Source: Candidatus Gottesmanbacteria bacterium (GTDB lineage: Bacteria; Patescibacteriota; Microgenomatia; UBA10105; UBA927). From it: DNA of 64,000 nt. The notes under the pieces are model-generated. The model saw only the letters and a program-made list of their open reading frames with translations, ran no database searches and had not been told where the DNA came from. Positions 12,583 to 23,554 of the stretch are shown here, in pieces (positions within the stretch are counted from its first letter, which is position 1; each line of letters opens with the position of its first letter). A program made the position numbers and the translations under genes. The stretch spans positions 4,589 through 68,588 of the forward strand of contig CAIJMI010000004.1 in assembly GCA_903821745.1 (NCBI GenBank). The letters run 5' to 3'.

Positions 12583-13368
12583 ATGACACCAATAGCAGAA
12601 AGAGAATCAGCGCCAAGATTTGAACGACTCGGATATATTGAAAAGTCTTCTCCATATATCAATCCTCTTCTTCGAAATAACGATAATATTCTTATCTTTC
12701 CAGAAAAATTCGGTGACATAATTAACCAAGCAGATAGATTTGAAGAGGTAACACTGCTTGATCAAATGAACCGACAGACTGATGTAACAGGATTTGTTTC
12801 CGAATTTGTCGGTCGCTGTACCACCCCGGAAGAGGTGCAGGCAGAACTTGACGCGATAGCGGATCGCGTACTACACCACCTTGCAAACGAGCCGAAAAAA
12901 CTGCAAAACAATGTCACAAAAACATTGACAACAACAAGTTTTTGTACGCTTGATGCCCTCAAATGGCTTGATATACAACATGGTGAGCTCGTGAAAGAAC
13001 TAAAAGCCATCAGAGCACCAGAGGCAGAACAATTTCGTCAACGAAATATTGAGGCAATACGAAAAACAAATAACACCACAATCATATATGTTCCAACATA
13101 TTGGTCTGGAGACCGCCATCTCACGGAAGTAACACGATATATTCACATCCCCCAACTACCGAAAGAGAACCAACAGATATTAAATCAATTGACCCCGATA
13201 TTCTTTAATAGAAACCAAGGATTTCTGGAAAAGAATCCAACACTCAATATTAAATTCATTCGAGAATTTAGAAAATCAGGCGATGCATTAACACGCATCC
13301 TCGCACAAAACTTAGAGGAAAGTGCGCAATTGGAAGCATATAGAAATTACGTAGAAAATCAGCCGTAA
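12583..13368 (+). CDS. Hypothetical protein
   Basis: About 260-aa ORF filling the gap between the PIN/TRAM gene and radA; ATG at 12583 follows a TATACT box; no recognisable motif. Confidence 0.65.
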   Translation: MTPIAERESAPRFERLGYIEKSSPYINPLLRNNDNILIFPEKFGDIINQADRFEEVTLLDQMNRQTDVTGFVSEFVGRCTTPEEVQAELDAIADRVLHHLANEPKKLQNNVTKTLTTTSFCTLDALKWLDIQHGELVKELKAIRAPEAEQFRQRNIEAIRKTNNTTIIYVPTYWSGDRHLTEVTRYIHIPQLPKENQQILNQLTPIFFNRNQGFLEKNPTLNIKFIREFRKSGDALTRILAQNLEESAQLEAYRNYVENQP

Positions 13369-13373
13369 TTATA

Positions 13374-14678
13374 TTACAACAGCAGTTTTTGCAGCTGTTG
13401 AAGGTTTTTAGCTGTTACACTAGTGATTACTATAGTAAACCCTAACCGTTTAGATTCTTTCACCCGCCGTTCTTCCTGACCCACACGACGAATCTCTCCC
13501 AACAGTCCGAGTTCTCCAAACACGACGGCTTTTGCATCCACTGCTTTATTGGTATAGGAAGAAATAATAGCAAGCGCTACAGCAAGGTCTGCAGCAGGTT
13601 CCGTCAGCTTTAATCCACCACTCACGTTCACAAATACATCCGATGTGCCAAGCGGCAGTCCCAATCGTTTTTGTAAAATTGCAGTTAACAGCTGCAACCT
13701 ATTGTAATCAAATCCATTAGCAACACGACGGGGAATGGGAATCTGACTTGAGACCACTAATGCTTGAATTTCCACAAGTAGTGGCCTGGTTCCTTCCATA
13801 ATAACGGTGACAACTGACCCGGGGACATTCTTTACTCGATCCTGAAGGAATATCTCGGATGGATTATCTATCTCTTTTAGTCCATTTTCTTTCATTTCGA
13901 AAATTCCCACCTCTTCCACTGGTCCAAACCGATTTTTGAGAGTTCGGAGGATTCTTGCATCTGCATACCGTTCTCCCTCCAAATACAACACCGTGTCAAC
14001 CATATGTTCCAACACTTTTGGTCCTGCAATCTCCCCTTCTTTCGTAACATGTCCAATGATGAGCATCGGAATTCCACGGGATTTAGCAAATGCAACGAGC
14101 TCTTCCGCACAATACCGGATCTGTCCGACCGATCCGGCCATCCCGTCAAGTTCTTGGGAAGCAATGGTCTGAATAGAATCAACAATTACAATGCCTTGGG
14201 GAGGATTTTTTGCGAGAGCCTCTAGAATGCCCTCTAACACCGTTTCAGCTAGTACCATGATGTTTGCGCCATCAATTCCCATGCGTTTTGCACGCAATTT
14301 TATTTGTTCTCCGGATTCTTCACCGGAAACATACATGCCGCCAATTGGGGAAAGCACATGAAGAAGCAGCGTGGATTTTCCAATACCCGGATCTCCTGCC
14401 AAAAGGGTGACGGAGCCCGGGACTATCCCCCCACCCATCACGCGGTCAAATTCCGGAAGTCCACATTTTAACCGATTTTTTTCAATATGTTTGACGTCGG
14501 ATAATTTTTGGGGGACGGTTTGACTGACAAACCGTTTTGTTGCACGGGATGTCGTTTCATTTTCCTTCACGGTTTCAACAAGCGAGTTCCAGGAATCACA
14601 ATTTGGACATTTGCCATACCACTGAGGAAATTCAGCAGAGCATTGTTGGCAGACAAATGAGGAACGTTGCTTCATCAT
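13374..14678 (-). CDS. radA: DNA repair protein RadA/Sms
   Basis: C4 zinc finger CQQC..CPNC, Walker A GDPGIGKST, KNRFG motif, Lon-like C-terminus. Confidence 0.97.
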   Translation of the reverse strand: MMKQRSSFVCQQCSAEFPQWYGKCPNCDSWNSLVETVKENETTSRATKRFVSQTVPQKLSDVKHIEKNRLKCGLPEFDRVMGGGIVPGSVTLLAGDPGIGKSTLLLHVLSPIGGMYVSGEESGEQIKLRAKRMGIDGANIMVLAETVLEGILEALAKNPPQGIVIVDSIQTIASQELDGMAGSVGQIRYCAEELVAFAKSRGIPMLIIGHVTKEGEIAGPKVLEHMVDTVLYLEGERYADARILRTLKNRFGPVEEVGIFEMKENGLKEIDNPSEIFLQDRVKNVPGSVVTVIMEGTRPLLVEIQALVVSSQIPIPRRVANGFDYNRLQLLTAILQKRLGLPLGTSDVFVNVSGGLKLTEPAADLAVALAIISSYTNKAVDAKAVVFGELGLLGEIRRVGQEERRVKESKRLGFTIVITSVTAKNLQQLQKLLL

Positions 14679-14719
14679 AAGAAGCATTGTATCACAACAA
14701 ATCGTGGAGCGATGACAAA

Positions 14720-15901
14720 TTACCGATACCCGATTGGTTTTTCGGTTAAGGTCATGGAAAGACTAATCTTTCGTTTGTCAGGCTGTATGTCTTCAATATT
14801 GACCGTGATTTCATCTCCCACTTTCGGTTCTTCCCCTGGGGAAATTTTTGAAATATGGATGAGTCCATCAATACCTGGTGACAAATTGATAAACACGCCG
14901 TATGGAGACACGCGTGATACGGTGCCTTTGACCTGCGTATCTTTCTCAAACATATCAAGAACGTGTTCCCATGGATCTGGCAATAATTGTTTGAGTGACA
15001 ATGTCATTTTTCCGGTTTTTTCATCAATACCAATGACCTTTACCTTGACGGTATCATTGGCTTTGATGTATTGTCCTGGATCTTCTACTTTTTCCCAGGC
15101 AATCTCGGAAATGTGAATCAGGCCTTCTATATCATGTTTTTCTCCATTTTTTTCAACGGAAAACCGTGCAAATGCACCAAATGGTACAACACCCGTTACT
15201 TTTGCTTCCACGATATCGCCGACTTTGATAAGCTCCAAAAGTTCTTTCTGTTTGGAAAGATTTGCTTCTTCCGTCATCGCGCGCTGTGAGAAAATCAACC
15301 GGTTTGATGCCTGGTCAACTTCCATCACTTTTACGGTGATGCGCCGTCCAACCATCTTGTCGAGTTGTTTACTCGTTGCGCTGTCAAATTGTGACTGAGG
15401 AATATATCCTCGGAGTCCACCGCAATCAACAAGCATTCCGCCACGGACTAACTCTTTGAGGAGTACTTCCATGGATTCGCCGTTTTTCTGGCTTTCGATG
15501 AGTCCATTCCATTGTTTTTCAAAAATGCTTTTTCGAAGGGAAAGTACAGATTGTCCCCGATCGTTTTCTGCAACGATGACGAGTGCCGTCACTTTGTCTC
15601 CTGGTTTTAAAGCAAGAATCGTATCTCGGTAGGATTCGAGTTCACGGTCAATGACCACGCCCTCTGTTTTTCCACCAATTTCGATGGTGACTTCTTTTGG
15701 AGATACTCTCGTAACCACGCCTTCAACGACATCTCCTTTTTTTAGTCCCTTTAAGGAGTAGCCGGTTTGAGCTAAAAGCTCTTCCATCGTGGTTGCTGTA
15801 ATCTTTTTTGGGGTCTGAGGTTTTACCTCCTCAGTTTTTTTTGTTGCAACGACCTCCGCAACAATAGGAGTTTGTTTATCTAACTTTTTCTTTGGTGCCA
15901 T
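14720..15901 (-). CDS. rpsA: 30S ribosomal protein S1 (four S1 domains)
   Basis: Repeated S1 motifs, e.g. VVPFGAF..EGLIHISEIAW and PYGVF..DGLIHISKI. Confidence 0.9.
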   Translation of the reverse strand: MAPKKKLDKQTPIVAEVVATKKTEEVKPQTPKKITATTMEELLAQTGYSLKGLKKGDVVEGVVTRVSPKEVTIEIGGKTEGVVIDRELESYRDTILALKPGDKVTALVIVAENDRGQSVLSLRKSIFEKQWNGLIESQKNGESMEVLLKELVRGGMLVDCGGLRGYIPQSQFDSATSKQLDKMVGRRITVKVMEVDQASNRLIFSQRAMTEEANLSKQKELLELIKVGDIVEAKVTGVVPFGAFARFSVEKNGEKHDIEGLIHISEIAWEKVEDPGQYIKANDTVKVKVIGIDEKTGKMTLSLKQLLPDPWEHVLDMFEKDTQVKGTVSRVSPYGVFINLSPGIDGLIHISKISPGEEPKVGDEITVNIEDIQPDKRKISLSMTLTEKPIGYR

Positions 15902-15990
15902 TTATATGTATATCCGCCTTTCTTTTGGAATAGGGGTATTATACATGAAACGAGGCTATTTTCCAAGCCAACAAAAAACCGCTCCACAGT

Positions 15991-16110
15991 TCCCCAGCTT
16001 TGACTTATCTTCCCAGGATCTCGCGAACCAAGTATTGTCAGCGCTGACGCGTTTCACTTCCGAGTTCGGGATGGGATCGGGTGGTGCCACGTCGCTCAAA
16101 AAACTGGAGA
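15991..16110 (-). rRNA. rrf: 5S rRNA
   Basis: Minus strand contains CACCCGATCCCATCCCGAACTCGGAAGTGAAAC; terminal helix TCTCCAG/CTGGGGA; flanking AACCGCTC/GAGCGGTT stem. Confidence 0.95.
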
Positions 16111-16543
16111 ACTCTAGAGCGGTTCTCGTTTACTTTTATTTTTTTAAATTGCAAATACCTTCGAGTAATTACACATAAGGGGTAATGTATCACATTTCCC
16201 TCTTCAAATTTCATATTCGTTTGGGATAGAACAAATTCCTTTGTTCTCCACAACATTCGATCAATTAGTACGAGTAAGCTAAATGCCTTACAGCATGTAC
16301 ACTTCTCGCCTATCAACGTTGTCATCTACAACGGATCTGATAACGATTCTTCATCTTGGGGTGGGCTTGGTGCTTGAGATGCTTTCAGCACTTATCCCTT
16401 CCAGATCTAGCTACCCTGCGGTGCCACCTCTCAGGGTGACAACAGGCAAACCAGGGATCTGTTCCTCTTGGTCCTCTCGTACTGAAGAGAACTCCCCTCA
16501 AGAATCGAACGCTCACACAGGATAGAGACCGAACTGTCTCACG

Positions 16544-17310
16544 CATACAATATCACCTATTACTAGGTGTATGGACTATATCTTCACCCTGCTTTACAAC
16601 AGGGGTCGACGTATTATTCCTTGAAAAATCAAGGGATCTGTCCCTCGCGGAACAAGTCTCTACGGGATCAAATACGGTGTTGTGTATCAAAAAATTCTTT
16701 TACTTTTAATGAAGTGTTTGTTCGCTTCTTTGAATAATTCAATTCAATAAAGCGATCTACTTCTTTTGCAAGTTCCAGCAATTTTTCTTTTGTCATTTTT
16801 CTTCCAGATCCAGGCATTTGTTTAATGACCTTCAAAGCAATTTCAGCTTGAGATTGCTTTAACTTGAGATATGGAAGAAGCATTGTTAATACATGTTCAA
16901 CACTGGTTATACCGACTATGGTGTATTCGCTCATTTCATCATTTCGATTACGAATGTAGCCAATGCCACCAAACTGTTGCTGTAACCAATTTAAAAAAGA
17001 ACGGTGTTGCTGTTTTTGATAAAAAACGATGCTCGCTCGAATCTGATATCCCAAAACATAATCGTTTCGGTATACCAATTGGAGCATTATGCATCCATCT
17101 CCATCAAGAAATCCAGCAATATATGCACATTCTTCTTTTGTCATATTTGTCTTACCCTCGGTATTACCCGTATACATTGTTCGAAATGTACGGGGTTTCA
17201 CCGATTTTAGTCGATTCTTTCTATTCTTTTCCTCAGTGGTGATAGAAAGCAGAAGTCTCAGACTTCACTTTTATTTTATGTCATTACTGACATAGAACGC
17301 AATGAGATTT
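16544..17310 (-). mobile_element. Group I intron at 23S position equivalent to L2593 (767 nt)
   Basis: Splits GAACGT^CGTGAGACAG. The internal guide GCGTTC pairs with exon GAACGT, the intron ends in G, P7 elements are GTAGAGACT/GATATAGTCC, and two extra hairpins follow P7 (P7.1/P7.2, subgroup IA-like). Confidence 0.95.
16668..17144 (-). CDS. Single-motif LAGLIDADG homing endonuclease, I-CreI-like
   Basis: YIAGFLDGDGCI motif, FYQK, GYIRNR and LLPYLKLKQ match the I-CreI pattern; ATG at 17144 follows GAGGG; lies in the intron P6 loop. Confidence 0.93.
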   Translation of the reverse strand: MTKEECAYIAGFLDGDGCIMLQLVYRNDYVLGYQIRASIVFYQKQQHRSFLNWLQQQFGGIGYIRNRNDEMSEYTIVGITSVEHVLTMLLPYLKLKQSQAEIALKVIKQMPGSGRKMTKEKLLELAKEVDRFIELNYSKKRTNTSLKVKEFFDTQHRI

Positions 17311-19660
17311 ACGTTCTGAACCCAGCTCGCGTACCCTTTTAACCGGCGAACAGCCGGACCCTTGGGACCTTCTCCAGCCCCAGGATAGGATGAGCCGACA
17401 TCGAGGTGCCAAACCGCCTCGTCGATATGGACTCTCGGAAGCGATCAGCCTGTTATCCCCAGAGTAGCTTTTATCCGTTAAGCCCGAACCCTCCCACGAG
17501 GGTATCGAGGATCACTAACGCCTGCTTTCGCATCTGCTCGACATGTACGTCTCGCAGTCAAGCTGGCTTATCGCGTTTGCACGACCCGTCCTGGTTTCCA
17601 TTCAGGATTAGCCAACCTTTGCACGCCTCCGTTACACTTTTGGAGGCAACCTCCCCAGTTAAACTGCCCATCAGACAGTGTTCTTCTCCTAGATTTTTAT
17701 GTAGGAGTAAGTAAGATTCCTTCATTTCAAAGAGTGGTATTCCATTGTCGCCCGAAGGCTCCCACCTATACTCGACAGTTAAAATAAAGTCCTCAGTGCC
17801 AAATTGCAGTAAAGCTTCATGGGGTCTTTTTGTCCATGTGTGAGTAGGCCGCATCTTCACAGCCATTTCAATTTCGCCGGGTAACAGTTTAAGACAGTCA
17901 CTATGTCATGCTACCTTTCGTGCGGGTCGGAACTTGCCCGACAAGGAATTTCGCTACCATAGAACAGTTATAGTTACTGCTGCCGTTCACCGGAGCTTGA
18001 AAAGCTAGCTAAAAAACTTGCGTTTTGTTTACCAACCTTTCTTAACTTACCGGCACTGGGCAGGTGTCAGCCCCTATACGTTGCGTTTCCGCTTCGCAGA
18101 GACCTGTGTTTTAGTTAAACAGTTGCATAGTGTCGTTTACTGTGACCTAGATTGCTCTAGGTAAGGTATCTCCAATAAGTTACACCTAGTTTTTGTTGCC
18201 GAGTTCCTTAAACTGCTGTCGCCCGCTTGCCTTGGTATACTCTACCAGCGCACCAGTGTTGGTTATTAGTACGGATACAATGTATTTCACAACGAGACTT
18301 TTCTCGAATAAGAAACGATTGATGTTGTTCTTGTCTTGCGACGCAAACTTCCCCATGTCTTCAGTTAAACATGAAAACGGATTTACCAGTTTCCACTACG
18401 TGAACATTTAGATCCCGCGAGTGCGAGACATCAACAAATCCCTCATTGTCATCCCTTTGTGTCTTAATCAATACATCATAGTAACGGAATATAAACCGTT
18501 TATACATCGACCTACGCCATCAAAATAATGGCCTCGGCTTAGATCCGACTTACCCGAAGTCGACGAACGTTGCTTCGGAAACCTTGCGCAGTCGGCATGG
18601 AAGATTCTCACTTCCAAACGCTACTCATACCGGCATTCTCACTTCTGTCCGCTCCAGTCAGCCTTCCGGCCTAACCTTCACTGCAGAACAGAACGCTCCC
18701 CTACCACGTGCCTTGCGGCACATCTTAATCTTCGGTGGTGTACTTGAGCCTCGTTCATTTTCGGCGCTACGAATTTCATCCAGTGCGCTGTTACGCGTTC
18801 TTTAAAAGATGGCTGCTTCTGAGCCAACTTCCTGGGTGTCTTAAATTCATAACTTCCTTAACCACTGAGTACACACTTAGAGACCTTAGATGTAAGTCCG
18901 GGCTGTTGCCCTTTTGACACACGCGCTTAGCCGTGCATGTCTGACTAGTTACGTATCACGGAAAGTATTCGGAGTTTGATTGATGCGCATTCCTTGCGAA
19001 ACATGTATCATTCAGTGCTCTACCCCTTCCGGGAATTAGTAACCGCTATACCTAAATATATTTCGGGGAGAACCAGCTATCTCCAGGTTCGATAGGCATA
19101 TTACCCCTAACCACAAGTCATCTCACAGATTTGCAGCTCTGACGAGTTCGGGCCTCTTGTTGGCTTTCGTCAACATTCACCCTGCTCATGGTTAGCTCAC
19201 CTGGTTTCGGGTCTGTCCAATACAACAAACGGTCAATTAGACCTCGCTTTCACTACGCTTTCCCATGTTGTACATGGTTAAGCAAACGCTGTATTGGGCA
19301 ACTCGCCGGTTCATTCTTCAATAGGCACGACGTCAGTATCTTGCGATACCTTCGTCTGTTTGTTAGTTGATAATTTCAGGTACTATTTCATTCCCCTTCC
19401 GGGGTGCTTTTCACCTTTCCCTCATGGTACTTGTTCACTATCGGTGCATTCATGTATTTAGTCTTGGATCGTGGTTGACCCAGATTCCCACAGACCCTTC
19501 GTGGTCCATGGTACTTAGGAACTTTATAAGGGAGCAAATAATTTAATATACACGACTTTCACGTTCTTTGGTTTCCTATTCCACGGTATTCTACTATCAT
19601 TTGCTACATCCTACATTAAAAGCCCTACAACCCCACAACTTGCGTTGTGGTTTAGACTCC

Positions 19661-19691
<31 letters not shown>

Positions 19692-20225
19692 TCGTACTTG
19701 ATTTCTATTCCTCAGGCTACTGAGATGTTTCAGTTCGCCCGGTATCCTACATACGACTATCTCAATCTTTCGACTGCCTTTGTCGCACATTGACTAGCTC
19801 TTCGCTAGACGGGTTTCCCCATTCGGAAACCGCCGGATCACAGGATTATGACTCCTCCCCGACGAATATCGCTGTCATATGCGTCCTTCCTCGGCATGAA
19901 TACCCAGGGCATCCATTATCAACTTTAAAAGCGTTGCAGAGAACAAAGGAGCTAAATTGTAATTTAGCGCTTTGTTCTATTTTTTTCGACAAATTTTTAT
20001 ACAAAAATATATCGCCCAACGAAATGTCATCGAAAAGGTAATATATGTACATTACCCCTTACGATGCAATTACTCATTTATTCATTCAAAAAAACCATGT
20101 ATCTTCCTTGTCCTATTTATAAAGGAAGATACTATTTATGTATTGTTAACGTGCAACTCGCTTTTTTTCGCGAGAAAAGGGATCAACAGGAAGTGAACCC
20201 TTATCCCGCGAAACGAACCGTTTTT

Positions 20226-20301
20226 TGGTGGACCCGACCGGATTCGAACCGGTGACCTCATCATTGCAAATGATGCGCTCTACCAGCTAAGCTACGGGCC
20301 C
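20226..20301 (-). tRNA. tRNA-Ala(UGC)
   Basis: GGGCCCG...CATCA-TTTGCAA-TGATG...GGTTCGAATCC...CGGGTCCACCA; G3-U70 pair; encoded CCA. Confidence 0.97.
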
Positions 20302-20349
20302 GAAACCCAATCTCAAGTCCAGATGTTAAACCAATGTGCAAAGGGCATT

Positions 20350-20371
20350 AAAAAACCCCGCTTGTGCGGGG
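20350..20371 (-). terminator. Terminator-like hairpin in the leader of the tRNA-Ala/23S unit
   Basis: CCCCGC-ACAA-GCGGGG-TTTTTT on the minus strand. Confidence 0.6.
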
Positions 20372-20536
20372 CGTTGTGATCAATTCATGAGCGATGCGCT
20401 ATTGCATCCACGGCAAAAACCAAACTGTCTTTCGATTGTATGGTATATAGCTTATCATGAATAATTTTTTACTCATTTCCCTTGGAAACTTCTGAGAAAT
20501 CAATAAAAAAGTACGCCCTAACACGAGCAAATGTAT

Positions 20537-20565
20537 ATTCTACGCAAGTTGCTTCTTCCTGTCAA
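20537..20565 (-). promoter_or_regulatory. Sigma70 promoter upstream of tRNA-Ala-23S-5S
   Basis: TTGACA-N17-TAGAAT on the minus strand. Confidence 0.75.
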
Positions 20566-20589
20566 CAAGGAAAGAACAGATGTATTCCA

Positions 20590-21831
20590 TCATTTCATTG
20601 CTTTATTAATTCTTCCGAGCGCAACCACAAAAGCAGCAGTCCGTAAATCCGTTTTAATTTTTTTGGACATAGCCCAGATATCATCAACAGCTCTCTCCAT
20701 TTTAGCCTTAAGCCTGGCATTAACAAGCTTTTTAGTCCAATGCTGTCCTTTGAGATTCTGTTCCCATTCAAACGCAGAAACAGAGACACCGCCGGAATTA
20801 GCCAGGACATCAGGAATAACCACAATCCCTTTCTTATATACTATGGTATCTGCCTCCGAAGCTATTGGCCCGTTTGCCATCTCCAAAATCACCCGAGCCT
20901 TGATTTTGGAAGCATTTACCTTCGTAATCACGCTTTCCAAAGCCGACGGCACCAAGATATCAACCGGCAATTCCAAAAGCGCGGCATTCGTGATTTCCTT
21001 TCCGGAAGCCTTTAAGGAGCCTGTTTTCTTCTTGGAAGCAAGGACTGCTTCAGGATTTAACCCTTCCTTATTATATATACCGCCCTTGCTGTCAGAGACC
21101 GCAACAACCGTAAATCCTTGCTCATACAAGAACTTTGCAATGTTGTATCCCACGTTCCCAAACCCCTGGACTGCGGCAGTAAGCTTCCCGGACAATTTCA
21201 TTTTCAAAAGACACGCCTGAAGAACAAACAGTCCTCCCAAGCCCGTTGCCTCTTCCCGTCCCTCGCTTCCCCCATCGGCAATGAGTTTTCCGGTAAATGT
21301 TGACCGGAGTTTCAAAGTTTCTTTTTTTGTCAACTTTTTTGGCTGGAGCTTGATAAACTCATCCACCATCCATCCCATGATTTGTCCTGTGGTATTTACA
21401 TCAGGTGCTGGGACATCTTTGGTGGGTCCAATATTGTCTGCAATTGCCCGCGCATAGCCGCGGGATAACCGTTCGAGTTCACTCACCGACAATGTTTTTG
21501 GGTCAACAATGACACCGCCTTTCCCTCCACCAAGGGGAAGATCGGCAATGGAACATTTCATTGCCATCCAAAAAGACAATGCCTTCACTTCATCAAGCGA
21601 CACTTGTGGATGAAACCGAATACCGCCTTTATACGGTCCCCGTGCGTTATTAAACTGCACCCGATATCCTTGAAAAATTTTTGTTTTTCCGTTATCCATT
21701 TTGACATGTATAGTGACGTTTAAAATCCGTTGGGGTTGTTTGAGAATTTCCAACGTATCCCCCATTGCTACATATTGGGCTGCGTTATCAAGTTGCAGCA
21801 TTGCACTTTCAAATGGATTAATAGTAGACAT
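20590..21831 (-). CDS. gdhA: Glu/Leu/Phe/Val dehydrogenase (glutamate dehydrogenase)
   Basis: GPYKGGIRFH, GGGKGG, DVPAPDV, VQGFGNVG, IPDVLANSGGV. Confidence 0.93.
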   Translation of the reverse strand: MSTINPFESAMLQLDNAAQYVAMGDTLEILKQPQRILNVTIHVKMDNGKTKIFQGYRVQFNNARGPYKGGIRFHPQVSLDEVKALSFWMAMKCSIADLPLGGGKGGVIVDPKTLSVSELERLSRGYARAIADNIGPTKDVPAPDVNTTGQIMGWMVDEFIKLQPKKLTKKETLKLRSTFTGKLIADGGSEGREEATGLGGLFVLQACLLKMKLSGKLTAAVQGFGNVGYNIAKFLYEQGFTVVAVSDSKGGIYNKEGLNPEAVLASKKKTGSLKASGKEITNAALLELPVDILVPSALESVITKVNASKIKARVILEMANGPIASEADTIVYKKGIVVIPDVLANSGGVSVSAFEWEQNLKGQHWTKKLVNARLKAKMERAVDDIWAMSKKIKTDLRTAAFVVALGRINKAMK

Positions 21832-21869
21832 AAAAACGTTCCTCCTTCAAAAAAAGAAATACGATACCG

Positions 21870-22556
21870 TTAAAAAAGTTCTGTTTTAATCTGTTCCCCT
21901 AAAACAGTGTGGGCAAGAAGCAGTTGTTTTATATAACGAATCATTTCTTTATTTCCACAAAGATAAAAATCAGCTTGGGATAAATCGGGTTCTTTTGTAA
22001 CATAGTCTGTCACATGTCCGATTTTCCCCTTCCATGTTTCTTTTGGCTTTGAAAGAATCAAATGGTAGGAAAAATTTGAATAAGATGCTACAAACGCGTC
22101 AAGTTCGTCCTGCCAATAGATATCTTCCTCGTGCCGTAATCCCCAATACAATACCATCGGGATATCATGCGGCGCATCCAAAATCATTGCCTTTAGCGGT
22201 GCGATACCGGTTCCCGTTGCAATCAATATTTTTTTTCTGAGTGACGGCGTCATGGTGAAAACACCAAGCGGAGCAAGCATTTGGATGGCATCCCCCACTT
22301 TTTTGGAGAGAAAATATTTTGATCCCGGACCCATGGGTTTTGTATCAATAACCATCTGGACGGTACTGGTCTCCCGCGGATTGGAACAAAATGAATATTG
22401 CCGGCGGGTTACACCGTCAATTATGACCGTTCCATACTGACCGGCCTGAAATTGCATGGACGTGATATCCAGAAAAGAAAACGTAAATTCGTATACTGTT
22501 TCCGTGAGTTTTTGGATGTGTTGTATTCGTGCAGTATGAAGAGACGGTTGTTGCAT
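21870..22556 (-). CDS. FNR-family FAD/NAD(P)-binding oxidoreductase
   Basis: AGQY, RQYSF, IATGTGIAP, YLCG, terminal ELF. Confidence 0.88.
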   Translation of the reverse strand: MQQPSLHTARIQHIQKLTETVYEFTFSFLDITSMQFQAGQYGTVIIDGVTRRQYSFCSNPRETSTVQMVIDTKPMGPGSKYFLSKKVGDAIQMLAPLGVFTMTPSLRKKILIATGTGIAPLKAMILDAPHDIPMVLYWGLRHEEDIYWQDELDAFVASYSNFSYHLILSKPKETWKGKIGHVTDYVTKEPDLSQADFYLCGNKEMIRYIKQLLLAHTVLGEQIKTELF

Positions 22557-22612
22557 GACGTTTAATTATATACGGTTACCTGAATTGTACCTGAACAATA
22601 CAGGAAAAATAA

Positions 22613-23551
22613 TTATTTTTTATCCTGTAACCATCGTTCTGCATCAATTGCGGCCATTGCTCCCATGCCAGCAGCAACAATACCCTGACGGTAGCGGGTA
22701 TCAACACAGTCTCCTGCTGCAAAAATGCCATCAACAGATGTTGCTGAATGTGCCTCTGTTGCTGACCGCATGCCTTTAATTTGAACGTATCCTGCCGCAT
22801 CCATTGCAACAATACCCTGTAAAAATACAGTTGCAGGAGTATGACCAATCGCAGCAAACACACCATCAATGGGCATATCTGTTATTGCATTGGTTACGGT
22901 ATTTTTTATTTTTACCCCGGTCAGCTTTGTATCCCCGACAAACGATTCGATGACTGAATTTGTCAAAAAAGAAATCTTCGGATCTTTTTTTGCTTTTTCC
23001 AGCATGATGGCACTTGCCCGAAATTCCTCCCGACGGTGCAAAATGGTGACATGTGTTGCAAATTTTGTTAAAAATGTTGCTTCCTCCATCGCAGTATCCC
23101 CGCCACCAACAACGATCAACTGCTTATCTTTGAAAAAAAATCCGTCACACGTTGCACAATAACTAATGCCTTTTCCCCGATAGGTTTCCTCCCCAGCTAT
23201 TCCCATTGCTTTTGCCTGGGCTCCTGTTGCCACAATGATTGATTTCGTCTGGTACGTTCCATTTCCGGTAACAACCGCAAATGTTCCATCTGGTTCCTTT
23301 TTAATTGTCGTAACAGCATCCGTGATCATTTCCGTGCCAAATCGTTCTGCCTGTGCTTTCATATTCATCATGAGTTGCGGCCCCATGATGCCTTCTGGAA
23401 ATCCCGGAAAATTATCTATTTCTGTTGTTGTGGTTAATTGTCCTCCAGGGATAAATCCGGAAATCAACACGGTTTTTAAAAATGCACGAGAAGAATAAAT
23501 CGCTGCAGTATATCCGGCTGGTCCTGATCCGATGATAACAATATCGTACAT
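22613..23551 (-). CDS. trxB: Thioredoxin reductase
   Basis: GSGPAGYTAA, CATCDG, GGGDTAMEEA. Confidence 0.96.
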   Translation of the reverse strand: MYDIVIIGSGPAGYTAAIYSSRAFLKTVLISGFIPGGQLTTTTEIDNFPGFPEGIMGPQLMMNMKAQAERFGTEMITDAVTTIKKEPDGTFAVVTGNGTYQTKSIIVATGAQAKAMGIAGEETYRGKGISYCATCDGFFFKDKQLIVVGGGDTAMEEATFLTKFATHVTILHRREEFRASAIMLEKAKKDPKISFLTNSVIESFVGDTKLTGVKIKNTVTNAITDMPIDGVFAAIGHTPATVFLQGIVAMDAAGYVQIKGMRSATEAHSATSVDGIFAAGDCVDTRYRQGIVAAGMGAMAAIDAERWLQDKK

Positions 23552-23554
23552 AAA

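Noticed and set aside
20531-21220. 229-aa ORF antisense to gdhA
   Set aside because: It fully overlaps a well-conserved gene on the opposite strand and has no motifs.
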